This document shows positions 1 through 9,429 of a DNA stretch of 32,000 bases, piece after piece (position 1 is the stretch's first letter; each line of letters opens with the position of its first letter). This stretch comes from Halalkalibacterium halodurans (GTDB taxonomy: Bacteria; Bacillota; Bacilli; Bacillales; Bacillaceae_D). The notes beneath the pieces were generated by a model. That model worked only from the letters and a program-made list of their open reading frames with translations. It searched no databases and had not been told where the DNA came from. Both the position numbers and the translations under genes were made by a program. The stretch lies in contig NZ_SNUY01000005.1 in the NCBI RefSeq assembly GCF_004376175.1, forward strand, positions 30,001 through 62,000. Reading direction: 5' to 3'.

Positions 1-345
1 TCCAGCACAAATGACACGAACCCCGTGATCTGCTAAATAATCGACAACACCGATGACGTCTTCATCAAAAAACTGTACTTCATCAATGGCAACAATATCT
101 GTATCTTCACTCCACTGCTCAAGAATGGACATCGCCCGTTCAACTGGTATGGCACACACTTTGTTTCCATTATGCGAAACGACTTCCTGTTCACTATACC
201 GATTGTCAATCGCTGGCTTAAACACTTGCACTTTTAGTCGGCCGTAAGTCGCACGACGAACCCGACGGATAAGCTCTTCCGATTTCCCAGAAAACATGCT
301 TCCACAGATGACCTCGATCCAGCCTTCTTTATGTATCATTTGCAT
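1..345 (-). CDS. tdk: thymidine kinase, N-terminal 115 codons (3' end runs off the left edge of the window)
   Basis: Minus-strand frame is open from ATG at 345 to position 1. Translation [35 protein letters not shown]... carries the Tdk P-loop [22 protein letters not shown] lies 6 nt upstream. Absent from the ORF track because it has no in-window stop. Confidence 0.9.
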   Translation of the reverse strand, partial: MQMIHKEGWIEVICGSMFSGKSEELIRRVRRATYGRLKVQVFKPAIDNRYSEQEVVSHNGNKVCAIPVERAMSILEQWSEDTDIVAIDEVQFFDEDVIGVVDYLADHGVRVICAG

Positions 346-463
346 CGTTGTCCCCACCTTACCGAAACAATTTTTTCTATTTGTGAAGGAAAAACGAGTG
401 CATCGCCTCTCCCTATTCCTTATGTCATCATCAACCGATCCGTTCCTTTTTCCTTTCATGAAG

Positions 464-494
464 AAAAAAACAGGCACCGAATTGCGCGTGCCTG
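464..494 (-). terminator. rho-independent terminator downstream of rpmE
   Basis: Stem caggcac (471-477) / gtgcctg (488-494) with a 10-nt loop. On the minus strand it is followed by a run of 7 T (A-run 464-470 on +). It sits 14 nt after the rpmE stop. Confidence 0.7.
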
Positions 495-507
495 TTGGTT
501 GTACGGT

Positions 508-753
508 TTACTTAAGGTTGTATTTTTTCTTAAAGCGGTCAACACGGCCACCAGCGTCAGCAAGTTTTTGCTTGCCAGTGTAGAATGGGTGAGAGTCAGA
601 GCTAATCTCGACTTTGATTAATGGATAAGTGTTTCCATCTTCCCACTCAATGGTTTCGTTTGACGTTTTCGTCGAACCGCTTAGAAATTTAAAACCTGTG
701 CTCGTATCCATAAATACAACTTTCTTGTAATCTGGATGGATTCCTGGTTTCAT
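508..753 (-). CDS. rpmE: 50S ribosomal protein L31, cysteine-free type B form (81 aa)
   Basis: Lies within ORF-track frame 508..846. Internal ATG at 753 is preceded by AAGGAG (9-nt spacing). [16 protein letters not shown]...[10 protein letters not shown]...[10 protein letters not shown] is the L31 signature. The product has no Cys, so no CxxC zinc ribbon. Confidence 0.9.
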   Translation of the reverse strand: MKPGIHPDYKKVVFMDTSTGFKFLSGSTKTSNETIEWEDGNTYPLIKVEISSDSHPFYTGKQKLADAGGRVDRFKKKYNLK

Positions 754-817
754 CCTTTTCAACTCCTTTATGCCCTGATTCTTTCGAAACAGAGTTTTCT
801 CAATCACACATGACGAA

Positions 818-846
818 ATTATATCAAGCCTGCGAAGGGATTGCAA
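818..846 (-). promoter_or_regulatory. sigmaA-type promoter for rpmE
   Basis: Minus strand reads TTGCAA (846-841), 17 nt spacer, TATAAT (823-818). It begins about 19 nt after the rho stop codon. Confidence 0.6.
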
Positions 847-864
847 CCGAATTTTTTAGGTAGC

Positions 865-2136
865 CTACTTTTTTCGAGTGCCATTCGTCATATCTTTTTC
901 CATCGCTTCGAAAAATTCGTCGTTCGTTTTTGTTTCTTTCACACGGCGAATAAAATGATCGACAAATTCCGGTGAATCGTTCATTGTCTTTCTCACCGCC
1001 CAAAGCTTTTCTAAATGTTCTTTTGGCATGAGGAGTTCCTCTTTCCGCGTGCTTGAACGGCGAATATCGATTGCAGGGAAAATCCGACGCTCCGATAGCT
1101 TCCGATCTAAGTGAAGCTCCATATTCCCTGTACCTTTAAATTCTTCATAAATGACGTCATCCATCCGTGACCCTGTTTCCACAAGCGCGGTCGCCAAAAT
1201 CGTTAAGCTTCCGCCTTCTTCAATGTTCCGCGCCGCTCCGAAAAATCGCTTCGGACGGTGGAATGCCGCTGGATCAATTCCTCCAGACAACGTTCGTCCA
1301 CTCGGTGGAATGACTAAGTTGTAGGCACGGGCGAGTCGGGTAATGCTATCCATTAGGATGATGACATCCTTTTTGTGCTCTACAAGACGCATCGCTCGCT
1401 CTAACACGAGCTCGGCCACTTTAATATGATTCTCTGGTACCTCATCGAATGTCGAGCTGACCACGTCGGCATCTACGGAGCGCTCAATGTCTGTAACTTC
1501 TTCCGGACGCTCATCAATGAGGAGGACGATTAGTTCTACATCCGGGTGGTTGTGGACAATGCTGTTAGCAATCTCTTTCAACAAGGATGTCTTCCCTGCC
1601 TTTGGCGGCGCTACAATTAAGCCACGCTGACCAAATCCAACGGGTGAGATCATATCGATAATCCGCGAAGAAATTCGTCCAGGCGTTGTTTCTAAATTAA
1701 GCTTTCTCTCAGGGTATAATGGCGTAAGAGCTGGAAAGTGCGGCCGCTCTTTGGACGTATCGGGATCTTCTCCGTTAACCGCTTCCACATGCAAAAGGCC
1801 ATGATAACGCTCATTTTCTTTAGGTGGCCTTACTTTACCTGATACCTTGTCTCCATTTCGCAAATCAAAACGGCGAATTTGTGAGGCAGAAATGTAAATG
1901 TCTTCAGAGCTTGGCATGTAATTAATTGGTCTTAAGAAACCAAACCCTTCCGACTGGATAATTTCGAGGACCCCTTCCATGAACATAAGTCCGTCTTCCT
2001 CTGCTTGTCCTTTTAAAATCGCAAAAATAAGTTCTTTTTTTGTCAGTTTACTATAGTAGGAAATTTTATATTTCCGTGCGAGTTCATAGAGTTCTCGCAA
2101 TTTCATATTTTCCAGTTCAGATAAATGAACTCCCAT
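865..2136 (-). CDS. rho: transcription termination factor Rho
   Basis: 423-aa ORF. N-terminus [34 protein letters not shown] and RNA-binding segment EGFGFLRP...[17 protein letters not shown] resemble B. subtilis Rho. Walker A is PPKAGKT. Confidence 0.97.
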   Translation of the reverse strand: MGVHLSELENMKLRELYELARKYKISYYSKLTKKELIFAILKGQAEEDGLMFMEGVLEIIQSEGFGFLRPINYMPSSEDIYISASQIRRFDLRNGDKVSGKVRPPKENERYHGLLHVEAVNGEDPDTSKERPHFPALTPLYPERKLNLETTPGRISSRIIDMISPVGFGQRGLIVAPPKAGKTSLLKEIANSIVHNHPDVELIVLLIDERPEEVTDIERSVDADVVSSTFDEVPENHIKVAELVLERAMRLVEHKKDVIILMDSITRLARAYNLVIPPSGRTLSGGIDPAAFHRPKRFFGAARNIEEGGSLTILATALVETGSRMDDVIYEEFKGTGNMELHLDRKLSERRIFPAIDIRRSSTRKEELLMPKEHLEKLWAVRKTMNDSPEFVDHFIRRVKETKTNDEFFEAMEKDMTNGTRKK

Positions 2137-2206
2137 GTTGACACCACTTTTCGTTTAAAATATGTATACGATTTAGCAGACAATGGTTCTTAAAAGTTAT
2201 GAATGT

Positions 2207-2236
2207 ATGATAGCTAACCTGTACAATTATGGTCAA
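2207..2236 (-). promoter_or_regulatory. candidate rho promoter (proximal)
   Basis: Minus strand reads TTGACC (2236-2231), 18 nt, TATCAT (2212-2207), about 70 nt upstream of the rho ATG. A distal alternative is TTGAAT-18-TAAAAT at 2399-2370. Sequence match only. Confidence 0.3.
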
Positions 2237-2474
2237 TTGCACACCTATGATAATCAAAAAAATGAATCACAGATACTTTTTCGGAATAAATGAGTGGGAA
2301 GCAATCAAAATAACGGAAGAAGTGGAGATGGTTGAAGAACATTTTTGTCTATCTTTACGTACACCCTCTATTTTAACCATAATTCATGGGATTATTCAAT
2401 ATGTCGTAAACTTCAATTTTTTCGAAGGAGCTTTATCTGAAAGAGTCTTAGGGGAAATTGGTAACCATAAAGTA

Positions 2475-2505
2475 CAGGCGTCCGTTCTTGAAGAACAGGC
2501 GCCTG
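2475..2505 (-). terminator. hairpin terminator downstream of glpX
   Basis: Minus-strand RNA CAGGCGCCUGUUC-UUCAA-GAACGGACGCCUG forms a 13-position stem with 1 mismatch and 1 GU. The tail UACUUUAUGGUU is only moderately U-rich. It starts 8 nt after the glpX stop. Confidence 0.5.
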
Positions 2506-2512
2506 ATCGTCT

Positions 2513-3478
2513 TTACTTAATGACAAGGTCCGGTTTTTTCTTCATGCTATGCTTTCCGTCAACAAAGCGCACCGTACCTGATTTTGCGCGCATGACAAGG
2601 GATTGAGTCGTTGCGGTTGAACCTTTATAATGAACGCCTTTCAACAATTCACCGTCGGTTACACCTGTTGCTGCAAAGATGCAGTCATCTCCTTTTACGA
2701 GCTCGTCGAGGGAGAAGACTTTGTTGACATCTTCAATTCCCATTGCCTTACAACGAGCCAATTCTTCATCTGTCTGTGGAAGGAGCTTTCCTTGAAGCTC
2801 ACCACCTAGACACTTTAACCCGACTGCTGCGAGAACGCCTTCAGGAGCGCCACCTGACCCTAACAAAAGATCCACACCTGTATCGTCAAAAGCTGTGTTG
2901 ATCGCCGCCGCCACGTCACCATCAGGAATTAACTTGATTCTAGCTCCCGCTTGGCGAATCTCATCAATTAATTTATCATGGCGCTTCCGATTTAACGTTA
3001 CGACAACTAGATCTTCTACATCCTTATTTTTTGCTTTCGCTACGGCGCGTAAATTATCGATCACAGGAGCGTCGATGTCCACGGTCCCAACCGCTTCTGG
3101 ACCGACAGCAATTTTCTCCATGTACATATCCGGTGCATGAAGGAGGTTACCATGGTCTGCAACCGCAATGACGGCTAACGCATTCCATAAGCCAGAGGCT
3201 ACGATGTTCGTCCCTTCTAATGGATCAACAGCCACATCCACTCGTGGACCATACCCGTTTCCTAGCTTTTCGCCAATGTAAAGCATCGGCGCTTCATCCA
3301 TTTCACCTTCGCCGATTACTACGGTTCCTTTCATCGGAATCGTATCAAATACATCACGCATGGCTTCCGTGGCCGCTCGATCGGCCTCTTCCTTGTTTCC
3401 GCGCCCCATCCAACGAGCAGCGGCAAGTGCTGCAGCTTCCGTCACACGTACAAGTTCCATGGAAAGGCTTCGTTCCAT
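2513..3478 (-). CDS. glpX: class II fructose-1,6-bisphosphatase (GlpX type)
   Basis: 321-aa [23 protein letters not shown]...AVDPLEGT...[14 protein letters not shown] are typical GlpX blocks. GGAGGAG SD precedes the ATG at 3478. Confidence 0.95.
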   Translation of the reverse strand: MERSLSMELVRVTEAAALAAARWMGRGNKEEADRAATEAMRDVFDTIPMKGTVVIGEGEMDEAPMLYIGEKLGNGYGPRVDVAVDPLEGTNIVASGLWNALAVIAVADHGNLLHAPDMYMEKIAVGPEAVGTVDIDAPVIDNLRAVAKAKNKDVEDLVVVTLNRKRHDKLIDEIRQAGARIKLIPDGDVAAAINTAFDDTGVDLLLGSGGAPEGVLAAVGLKCLGGELQGKLLPQTDEELARCKAMGIEDVNKVFSLDELVKGDDCIFAATGVTDGELLKGVHYKGSTATTQSLVMRAKSGTVRFVDGKHSMKKKPDLVIK

Positions 3479-3521
3479 TGTCTCTCTCCTCCGTGTTTAT
3501 TTAATTTCCAGTGCCGTCTCG

Positions 3522-4808
3522 TTATGAGCTTTTCACTTGCTCTTCTTCTTGATCCGACATTTGCTCTCGCCAAATTTTTGCACCAAGCCCGATCAGCTTT
3601 TGCTCTAAGTCTTCATAGCCACGATCAATGTGTTCGACACCTGAAAGCTCTGTAATTCCTTCTGCTGTCAAGCCAGCAATGACAAGGGAGGCTCCTGCTC
3701 GTAGGTCACTTGCACGTACCTTCGCGCCCTGTAGTTTTGTTTTTCCGTTAATGATGGCAGAACGTCCTTCTACCTTTATATCGGCCCCCATGCGTCGCAA
3801 TTCATCGATATGCTTGAAACGAGCATTGTAAATCGTATCGGTAACAATGCTTGTTCCATGAGCCTGTGTTAAAAGAGTCGTAGCTGGCTGTTGGAGATCC
3901 GTAGGAAAACCGGGATAGACAAGCGTCTTAATATCAACGCCTTTCTTCTCCTGATGGTTACGTATACGAACTTGATCATCCAATACTTCAACATCGACGC
4001 CCATCTCCCGCAACTTAGCAATGAGAGACTCCACATGCAATGGAATAATGTTATCAATGAGCACATTTTGTCCGATCGCAGCAGCCAAAATCATATATGT
4101 ACCGGCTTCAATCCGATCAGGAATAATCGAATGGCGACATCCGTGCAACGACTCCACACCGTCAATGCGAATGACATTTGTACCAGCACCTTTGATTCGA
4201 GCCCCCATGCTTGTTAACAATGTGGCCACATCAATAATTTCTGGCTCCTTCGCCGCATTTTCAATGATTGTGCGCCCTTTCGCAAGAACAGCTGCAAGCA
4301 TAATGTTAATGGTCGCTCCTACGCTCACAACGTCTAAGTAAATCCGCGCACCTTTTAGTTCGTCTGCTCGAAGGTAAATCGCCCCTTGTTCGTTCGTCAC
4401 CTTTGCCCCTAGTGCTTCAAAGCCTTTGATGTGCTGATCAATAGGACGCGGGCCAAGGTTGCACCCACCTGGTAAACCGATCACTGCTTTTTTGAATTTA
4501 CCGAGCATGGCCCCCATTAAATAATAGGAAGCCCGCAATTTTTTGACATGTCCATTTGGCAGTGGCATCGCAAACATCTTGGACGGGTCAATCACCATTT
4601 TCTGATCTGCTAGCTCTACTTCACCGCCAATTTCTTTTAACAACTCTCCGAGGAGACGGACATCTGAAATATCAGGTAAGTTATCGATTGTGACCGTCGA
4701 ATCTGCAAGAATGGCCGCAGGGATTAAAGCAACTGCACTGTTTTTCGCTCCACTGATTTGAACTGTCCCTTCAAGGGGAGTTCCACCTTCAATCATCAAC
4801 TTTTCCAT
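3522..4808 (-). CDS. murAB: UDP-N-acetylglucosamine 1-carboxyvinyltransferase, second paralogue
   Basis: ORF 3522..4841. Likely start is the ATG at 4808 (MEKLMIEGG...[22 protein letters not shown]) behind [27 protein letters not shown] contains the MurA catalytic Cys loop. Only 43 nt separate it from glpX and there is no hairpin. Confidence 0.93.
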   Translation of the reverse strand: MEKLMIEGGTPLEGTVQISGAKNSAVALIPAAILADSTVTIDNLPDISDVRLLGELLKEIGGEVELADQKMVIDPSKMFAMPLPNGHVKKLRASYYLMGAMLGKFKKAVIGLPGGCNLGPRPIDQHIKGFEALGAKVTNEQGAIYLRADELKGARIYLDVVSVGATINIMLAAVLAKGRTIIENAAKEPEIIDVATLLTSMGARIKGAGTNVIRIDGVESLHGCRHSIIPDRIEAGTYMILAAAIGQNVLIDNIIPLHVESLIAKLREMGVDVEVLDDQVRIRNHQEKKGVDIKTLVYPGFPTDLQQPATTLLTQAHGTSIVTDTIYNARFKHIDELRRMGADIKVEGRSAIINGKTKLQGAKVRASDLRAGASLVIAGLTAEGITELSGVEHIDRGYEDLEQKLIGLGAKIWREQMSDQEEEQVKSS

Positions 4809-4967
4809 AATCTCTTCCCTTCCATCGATGCATTCGTGCATTCCGCTACCGTAGTTCCTTCCTATCCATTATAACCAAATTGAAGAGAATATAAAAAGGA
4901 GAAAAGCGGCACTTACAATTCGAACAAGCTAGAAAACAAGAGAAAAACGGTGAATGGTACCTTGTTG

Positions 4968-5606
4968 TTAGCGATTGTTCCAATCCTTTAGAAATTGCTC
5001 AATCCCTTTATCCGTCAGGGGATGTTTTGAGAGTTGACTAATCACTTTAAATGGGATGGTCGCAATGTGTGCTCCTCGTAATGCCGCTTCTGTAACATGT
5101 TGTGGATGACGAATCGAAGCCGCAATGATTTGTGTATCCAAGTCATGTACATGAAAAATTTCCGCGATTTGTGAGATCAAATCTAGTCCGTCATGACCAA
5201 TATCATCCAGTCTCCCAAGGAATGGGGAAACGTAAGTAGCGCCGGCCCGTGCCGCAAGTAGTGCTTGAACAGCTGAAAAAACAAGCGTTACATTCGTCGT
5301 AATCCCTTCTTGATGGAAGGCATGAACAGCTTTAAGACCTTCGGTAGTCATCGGAACCTTTACTGTAATATTAGGCGCAATCGCTGCTAATTCCTTCCCT
5401 TCCTTAATCATTCCTTCCGCATCAAGGGCAACGACCTCAGCGCTTACTGAGCCTTTTACAAGCGAAGTGATTTCGCGAAGACGTTCGTGAAAATCGACAC
5501 CCTCTTTTGCCACAAGTGATGGGTTCGTCGTGACACCAGCAAGAATCCCGAGATCATTAGCTTCACGAATTTCATTAATATTAGCTGTATCAATAAAAAA
5601 TTTCAT
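4968..5606 (-). CDS. tal: short (type 3B) transaldolase / fructose-6-phosphate aldolase family
   Basis: ORF 4968..5612. The ATG at 5606 ([16 protein letters not shown]...) lies 7 nt after GAGGTG; the track start at 5612 is a GTG two codons upstream. TTNPSL and ITVKVP (Schiff-base Lys) motifs are present. Confidence 0.93.
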   Translation of the reverse strand: MKFFIDTANINEIREANDLGILAGVTTNPSLVAKEGVDFHERLREITSLVKGSVSAEVVALDAEGMIKEGKELAAIAPNITVKVPMTTEGLKAVHAFHQEGITTNVTLVFSAVQALLAARAGATYVSPFLGRLDDIGHDGLDLISQIAEIFHVHDLDTQIIAASIRHPQHVTEAALRGAHIATIPFKVISQLSKHPLTDKGIEQFLKDWNNR

Positions 5607-5904
5607 TCTCACTCACCTCATATGATTATTTATCCCGTTCCCTGACGCTAAGACGTCTACGCCAAGGCATTGGGATACTAGAAAAACTAGCTAAACGTTG
5701 AATGACCCTAAACTAAGAACGTCAGTCCTGTGACATCGCCGGCGTAACTCCAAGTCACGTAGGCATAGGCTAACATTCAAGGGTCATGAAAGAAACCTCC
5801 ATTGAAATAAAATTTCTCTTTATTTGTGTTATAAGGAGTGCAGTTCGCCTAAAAATCACCCGAACGATAAAGCGGTTACTTGACAGAGTTGTCTGAAAAA
5901 AAAC

Positions 5905-5960
5905 GAAAAAAAGAGAAGAGTTAAAGACGAATTGAGAACAATTCCAACCTCTAACTCTTT
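5905..5960 (-). terminator. rho-independent terminator downstream of fbaA
   Basis: Minus strand AGAGTTAGAGGTTGGAATTG-TTCT-CAATTCGTCTTTAACTCT forms a long interrupted hairpin (outer stem 5917-5926 / 5949-5958, 1 mismatch). It is followed by TCTCTTTTTTTCGTTTTTTTT. Confidence 0.7.
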
Positions 5961-5990
5961 TTTTGATCAGTCAATCACTCGTCTTATGAC

Positions 5991-6854
5991 TTACGCTTTA
6001 TTTGAAGAGCCAAACTCACGCATTTTACCTTTTACTGTATCTTTAATGGCTTCACGTGCAGGGCCTAAATATTTTCGCGGATCATAAAGCTCAGGCTTTT
6101 CCTCTAACACTTGGCGCACTGCCTTAGCAGAAGAAATTTGGCTTTCTGTATTCACGTTAATCTTCGCATGTCCTAAAGAGATGGCTTTTTGAATATCCTT
6201 TGTCGGGATTCCAGTTCCACCATGAAGAACTAGTGGAATACCTACAAGCTCATTGATTTCCTTCATGCGGTCAAAACCGAGGTTTGGTTCACCTTTGTAA
6301 GGGCCATGAACAGATCCTAGAGCCGGCGCAAAGCAGTCAACACCTGTCGCTTCGACTAACTCTTTACACTCAGACGGAATCGCGTAAGCTGCTTCTGCTT
6401 CGTCAACGACCAAATCGTCTTCTTGTCCACCAATGCGACCTAGCTCTGCTTCAACAGAAACCCCAAGTGCGTGAGCAACATCAACGACACGTTTTGTCAA
6501 AGCAATGTTTTCCTCTAATGGATGGTGAGAGCCGTCAATCATAACCGATGTAAAACCAGCATGAATGGCCTCGACACATTTCTCAAAGCTAGAACCATGA
6601 TCAAGGTGAATCGCAACTGGAACCGTCACATTGTACTCTTGCATGAGGTTTTTAACCATACCTACCACTGTTTTAAAGCCGCCCATGTAGCGAGCCGCCC
6701 CTTCAGAAACACCACAAATCACTGGGGACTTTTCCTCTTCCGCTGCTTGTAAAATCGCTTGCGTGAACTCTAGGTTATTCAAGTTGAACTGTCCAACTGC
6801 GTAACCTTCAGCCTTCGCTTTGTTCAACATCTCTGTCATAGAAACTAAAGGCAT
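5991..6854 (-). CDS. fbaA: class II fructose-1,6-bisphosphate aldolase
   Basis: ORF 5991..6905. The ATG at 6854 ([29 protein letters not shown]...) lies behind [25 protein letters not shown] and other class II aldolase blocks are present. Confidence 0.95.
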   Translation of the reverse strand: MPLVSMTEMLNKAKAEGYAVGQFNLNNLEFTQAILQAAEEEKSPVICGVSEGAARYMGGFKTVVGMVKNLMQEYNVTVPVAIHLDHGSSFEKCVEAIHAGFTSVMIDGSHHPLEENIALTKRVVDVAHALGVSVEAELGRIGGQEDDLVVDEAEAAYAIPSECKELVEATGVDCFAPALGSVHGPYKGEPNLGFDRMKEINELVGIPLVLHGGTGIPTKDIQKAISLGHAKINVNTESQISSAKAVRQVLEEKPELYDPRKYLGPAREAIKDTVKGKMREFGSSNKA

Positions 6855-7026
6855 CCTGCTTCCTCCTTCTGTTAGCCAATCTAAAATTTTGAGCGCCTTT
6901 TGCATCAGAGCATTCTACTATTAGTTCAACATTCCCGAAATTCGCAATGAATATGTAGACTCGAGATATGGTCATAAAAAAATGCTCATAACAAAAACAA
7001 TCCGCCCCAATCGTTTGAACGAATCT

Positions 7027-7035
7027 ATTATAGCA
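7027..7035 (-). promoter_or_regulatory. candidate extended -10 element (TGcTATAAT) upstream of fbaA
   Basis: Minus strand reads TGCTATAAT at 7035-7027, about 170 nt upstream of the fbaA ATG. The -35 is weak. Sequence match only. Confidence 0.35.
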
Positions 7036-7124
7036 TACTCCAATTAGATTTCACCCTAGATTGGTGAGATCTTTTCAACATTTCAAGATGGAAGCGATAA
7101 CATTTATGATCATATCCCTATCGG

Positions 7125-7487
7125 TCATGAGGACTTCATGTTTTCGGCAATGACTGCTCGAACGTCATCAATATCGAATGGTTTCGCGAAGTGAGTAACT
7201 GCGCCAAGCTGCATCGCCTCATTAATCATGTTTAACTCGCCATAGGCGGTCATCATAATTACTTCAATATTCGGGTTCATGTCCTTGATGCGACGTAAAA
7301 TTTCCAACCCATCCATTCCTGGAATTTTCATATCGAGCAACACTAAATCAGGTGTTTCCTCTTCAACGATGGCAAGCGCTTGAATGCCGTTAGCTGCCTG
7401 AAACATTTGATAGCCATCCTTTTGTAAAATTTCATTTAACAATACACGTATTCCGTATTGATCATCTACTACGAGAATTTTATTCAC
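7125..7487 (-). CDS. spo0F: sporulation initiation phosphotransferase F (single-domain response regulator)
   Basis: ORF 7125..7511. GTG at 7487 is preceded by AAAGGAG (8 nt). (M)[20 protein letters not shown]...[18 protein letters not shown]...MTAYGEL...HFAKPFDID is close to colinear with B. subtilis Spo0F. Confidence 0.9.
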   Translation of the reverse strand: MNKILVVDDQYGIRVLLNEILQKDGYQMFQAANGIQALAIVEEETPDLVLLDMKIPGMDGLEILRRIKDMNPNIEVIMMTAYGELNMINEAMQLGAVTHFAKPFDIDDVRAVIAENMKSS

Positions 7488-7630
7488 CCTTTTCACTCCT
7501 TTTACGAACAAGCCATTGTCCTATGCTAGATTTTCTTTTGCTGCTTCCTTTGATCGCAACTTGCGGTAGGTGTTGCTGCGAATGTTTTTCCCGAATATCA
7601 AAAAACGATATAAACCCCTCCTCTAAAAGA

Positions 7631-7671
7631 GTTTCGAGAAGAAGCAAAAAATTCCTTCTTTTTCTGTCGAA
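7631..7671 (-). promoter_or_regulatory. candidate sigmaH-type promoter plus Spo0A box upstream of spo0F
   Basis: Minus strand AGGAATT (7656-7650), 11 nt, ctcGAAA (GAA ending 7633) approximates the sigmaH consensus AGGAWWW-N11/12-RNNGAAT. TGTCGAA (0A box consensus TGNCGAA) is on the + strand at 7665-7671, just upstream. Confidence 0.4.
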
Positions 7672-7774
7672 TCCATGGAAAAATGTTTTCACAGCTCGCC
7701 AAGTTGCCCATTTTCATAAAAAGAGGATATACTTCTGAGTACATAGATTAGACGTGTTGGAGGATAACGAGCTC

Positions 7775-8308
7775 ATGATCCAAATTTTCACTACACAATT
7801 GACAGGCTTACTAAAGCAATTGAAAGAAAAGGAAGAGAGCTTCGAGGATGGGGGACGACTCCTAGCCCAAGCACTTATTGGTGAAGGGACGATTTACATT
7901 CATGGGTTTCATGAAATGACCGCCGTTCAATCAGAAGCGCTTCTTGGTGTAGAAACATTTTCTTCCGTTGCTCCCCTCGTTCTTTCTAACGGTAAGATAG
8001 CAGAGGTCACAGCAGCAGACCGTGTCATGTTGTTCACTCGATATAGTGACGACGCAGAGGCCGTAACGGTGGCGAAAACCCTCGCTGACCAAGGGGTAGA
8101 GATGGTCGGCATTTCAACCGTAAAAGAATGTGAAGGAACTTCTCTCACTTCCGTTGTTGATGTCCATATTGATTTAGGAGCTACGCTCAGCCTTGTACCA
8201 GGAGAAGATGGCAACCGCTACGGATATCCCGGAACCCTTCTCGCTTTATTTGCCTATCAATGCCTCTATTTATCCACACTCGATATTTTAACAGAGTACG
8301 ATCTTTAG
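7775..8308 (+). CDS. ywjG: DUF2529 family protein (YwjG homologue)
   Basis: ORF 7754..8308. The ATG at 7775 (MIQIFTTQLTGLLKQLKEKEE...GGRLLAQALIGEG) matches the start of B. subtilis YwjG (MLKMFTTQLTGIF...). GGAGGA lies at 7759-7764. Conserved position next to spo0F. Confidence 0.8.
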   Translation: MIQIFTTQLTGLLKQLKEKEESFEDGGRLLAQALIGEGTIYIHGFHEMTAVQSEALLGVETFSSVAPLVLSNGKIAEVTAADRVMLFTRYSDDAEAVTVAKTLADQGVEMVGISTVKECEGTSLTSVVDVHIDLGATLSLVPGEDGNRYGYPGTLLALFAYQCLYLSTLDILTEYDL

Positions 8309-8320
8309 TAGAAGAAAGAG

Positions 8321-8351
8321 CGGGCCCCTCATTCTTTTATTGAGGAGCCCG
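8321..8351. terminator. convergent (bidirectional) hairpin between ywjG and the permease operon
   Basis: cgggcccctca / tgaggagcccg form an 11-bp stem (1 mismatch) around the loop ttctttta. It lies between the stop codons of the convergent genes. Confidence 0.55.
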
Positions 8352-8388
8352 TTCAGCGTTCTTCCGATCCATTCCCCTCTGCAAACCA

Positions 8389-9429
8389 CTACATGTTTCG
8401 ATTTCGATATAACAAGTAAATAAAGTACGGTGCGCCGATCGCGGCAGTAAATACACCGGCAGGGATATCGAAAGGTAAAAATGCAGTCCTCGCCACAATA
8501 TCAGCCATGACGACAATGATTCCACCAATGAACGATGAAACAATTACTAAGCTGGTATACGAGCGACCAACGAGCATCCGACTAATATGGGGGGCAATGA
8601 GCCCGACAAATTGAATACCTCCTGCAAAGGCAACCGCAGACCCAGCGAGGGCAACGCTCGTAAATAATAGAGCGAACCTGTACATTTGTACTTTAACACC
8701 AAGTCCTTGGGCAATGTCATCTCCTAATTCTTTCACCCCTAAGGTTTGCGCCATGAGCATCGTGAGCGGAATGGATATCGCCACCCATGGGAGCATTGCA
8801 TATACATCTTGCCAGTGCGCGCCATACAGACTCCCAGTTAACCACAAATACGCTTTCGTCGTCACCGCCATATCGCTAAGAACGAGCATCATCGTCACAA
8901 AAGCCTTCATGGCCGCCGTTACGCCTATTCCAATTAAGATAAGGCGAATCGGGGTGACTCCTTTATTCCAAGCTAACAAATAGATCACAATGGATACGAG
9001 ACCTGCGCCTATTATGGCAGCAAAGGGAAGCCATGTAATGCTAACGACACCCATAAAGCAGACTATAAAGATCATCGCTCCGACCGAGCCACCGCTCGTA
9101 ATCCCGATAATATCAGGGGCGGCTAACGGATTACGTACAATCCCTTGAAGAATGAGACCTGCCACCCCAAGGGCTGCCCCGACCATAAAGGCAAGTAACA
9201 CACGGGGGAGCCTTAGCGTATTAATCGTAAAGTCATACTCTCCTGTCCCGTAACCGAATAATTGTTTGATCACATCGTGTGGAGGGATAAAGGTGCTCCC
9301 TACCGATAAGCTTCCGATAAAAAGAAGCAATGAAACGAGGAGAAGTAACCCGAAGACAACGACCGTCCTTCTTTCCACTTGAAAGGAGATTGACCCTGAT
9401 TTAGTGCGTACGGTAAGTAGTTTACTCAT
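8389..9429 (-). CDS. FecCD-family iron-siderophore ABC transporter permease (second)
   Basis: 346-aa polytopic membrane ORF. RNPLAAPDIIGITSG and GAPYFIYLL blocks are typical of FecCD/FhuB-type permeases. It overlaps the upstream permease by 4 bp (ATGA). Confidence 0.92.
   Translation of the reverse strand: MSKLLTVRTKSGSISFQVERRTVVVFGLLLLVSLLLFIGSLSVGSTFIPPHDVIKQLFGYGTGEYDFTINTLRLPRVLLAFMVGAALGVAGLILQGIVRNPLAAPDIIGITSGGSVGAMIFIVCFMGVVSITWLPFAAIIGAGLVSIVIYLLAWNKGVTPIRLILIGIGVTAAMKAFVTMMLVLSDMAVTTKAYLWLTGSLYGAHWQDVYAMLPWVAISIPLTMLMAQTLGVKELGDDIAQGLGVKVQMYRFALLFTSVALAGSAVAFAGGIQFVGLIAPHISRMLVGRSYTSLVIVSSFIGGIIVVMADIVARTAFLPFDIPAGVFTAAIGAPYFIYLLYRNRNM

Noticed and set aside
2229-2606. 125-aa plus-strand ORF in the rho-glpX gap, running into the 3' end of glpX
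   Set aside because: It has no SD and an odd composition. It overlaps the glpX terminator and coding end on the opposite strand. The region is better explained as the rho leader/promoter.
7104-7113. 10-bp AT-rich palindrome TATGATCATA downstream of spo0F
   Set aside because: It is too short and AT-rich for a terminator stem and has no U tract. Palindromes of this size are expected by chance in AT-rich spacers.
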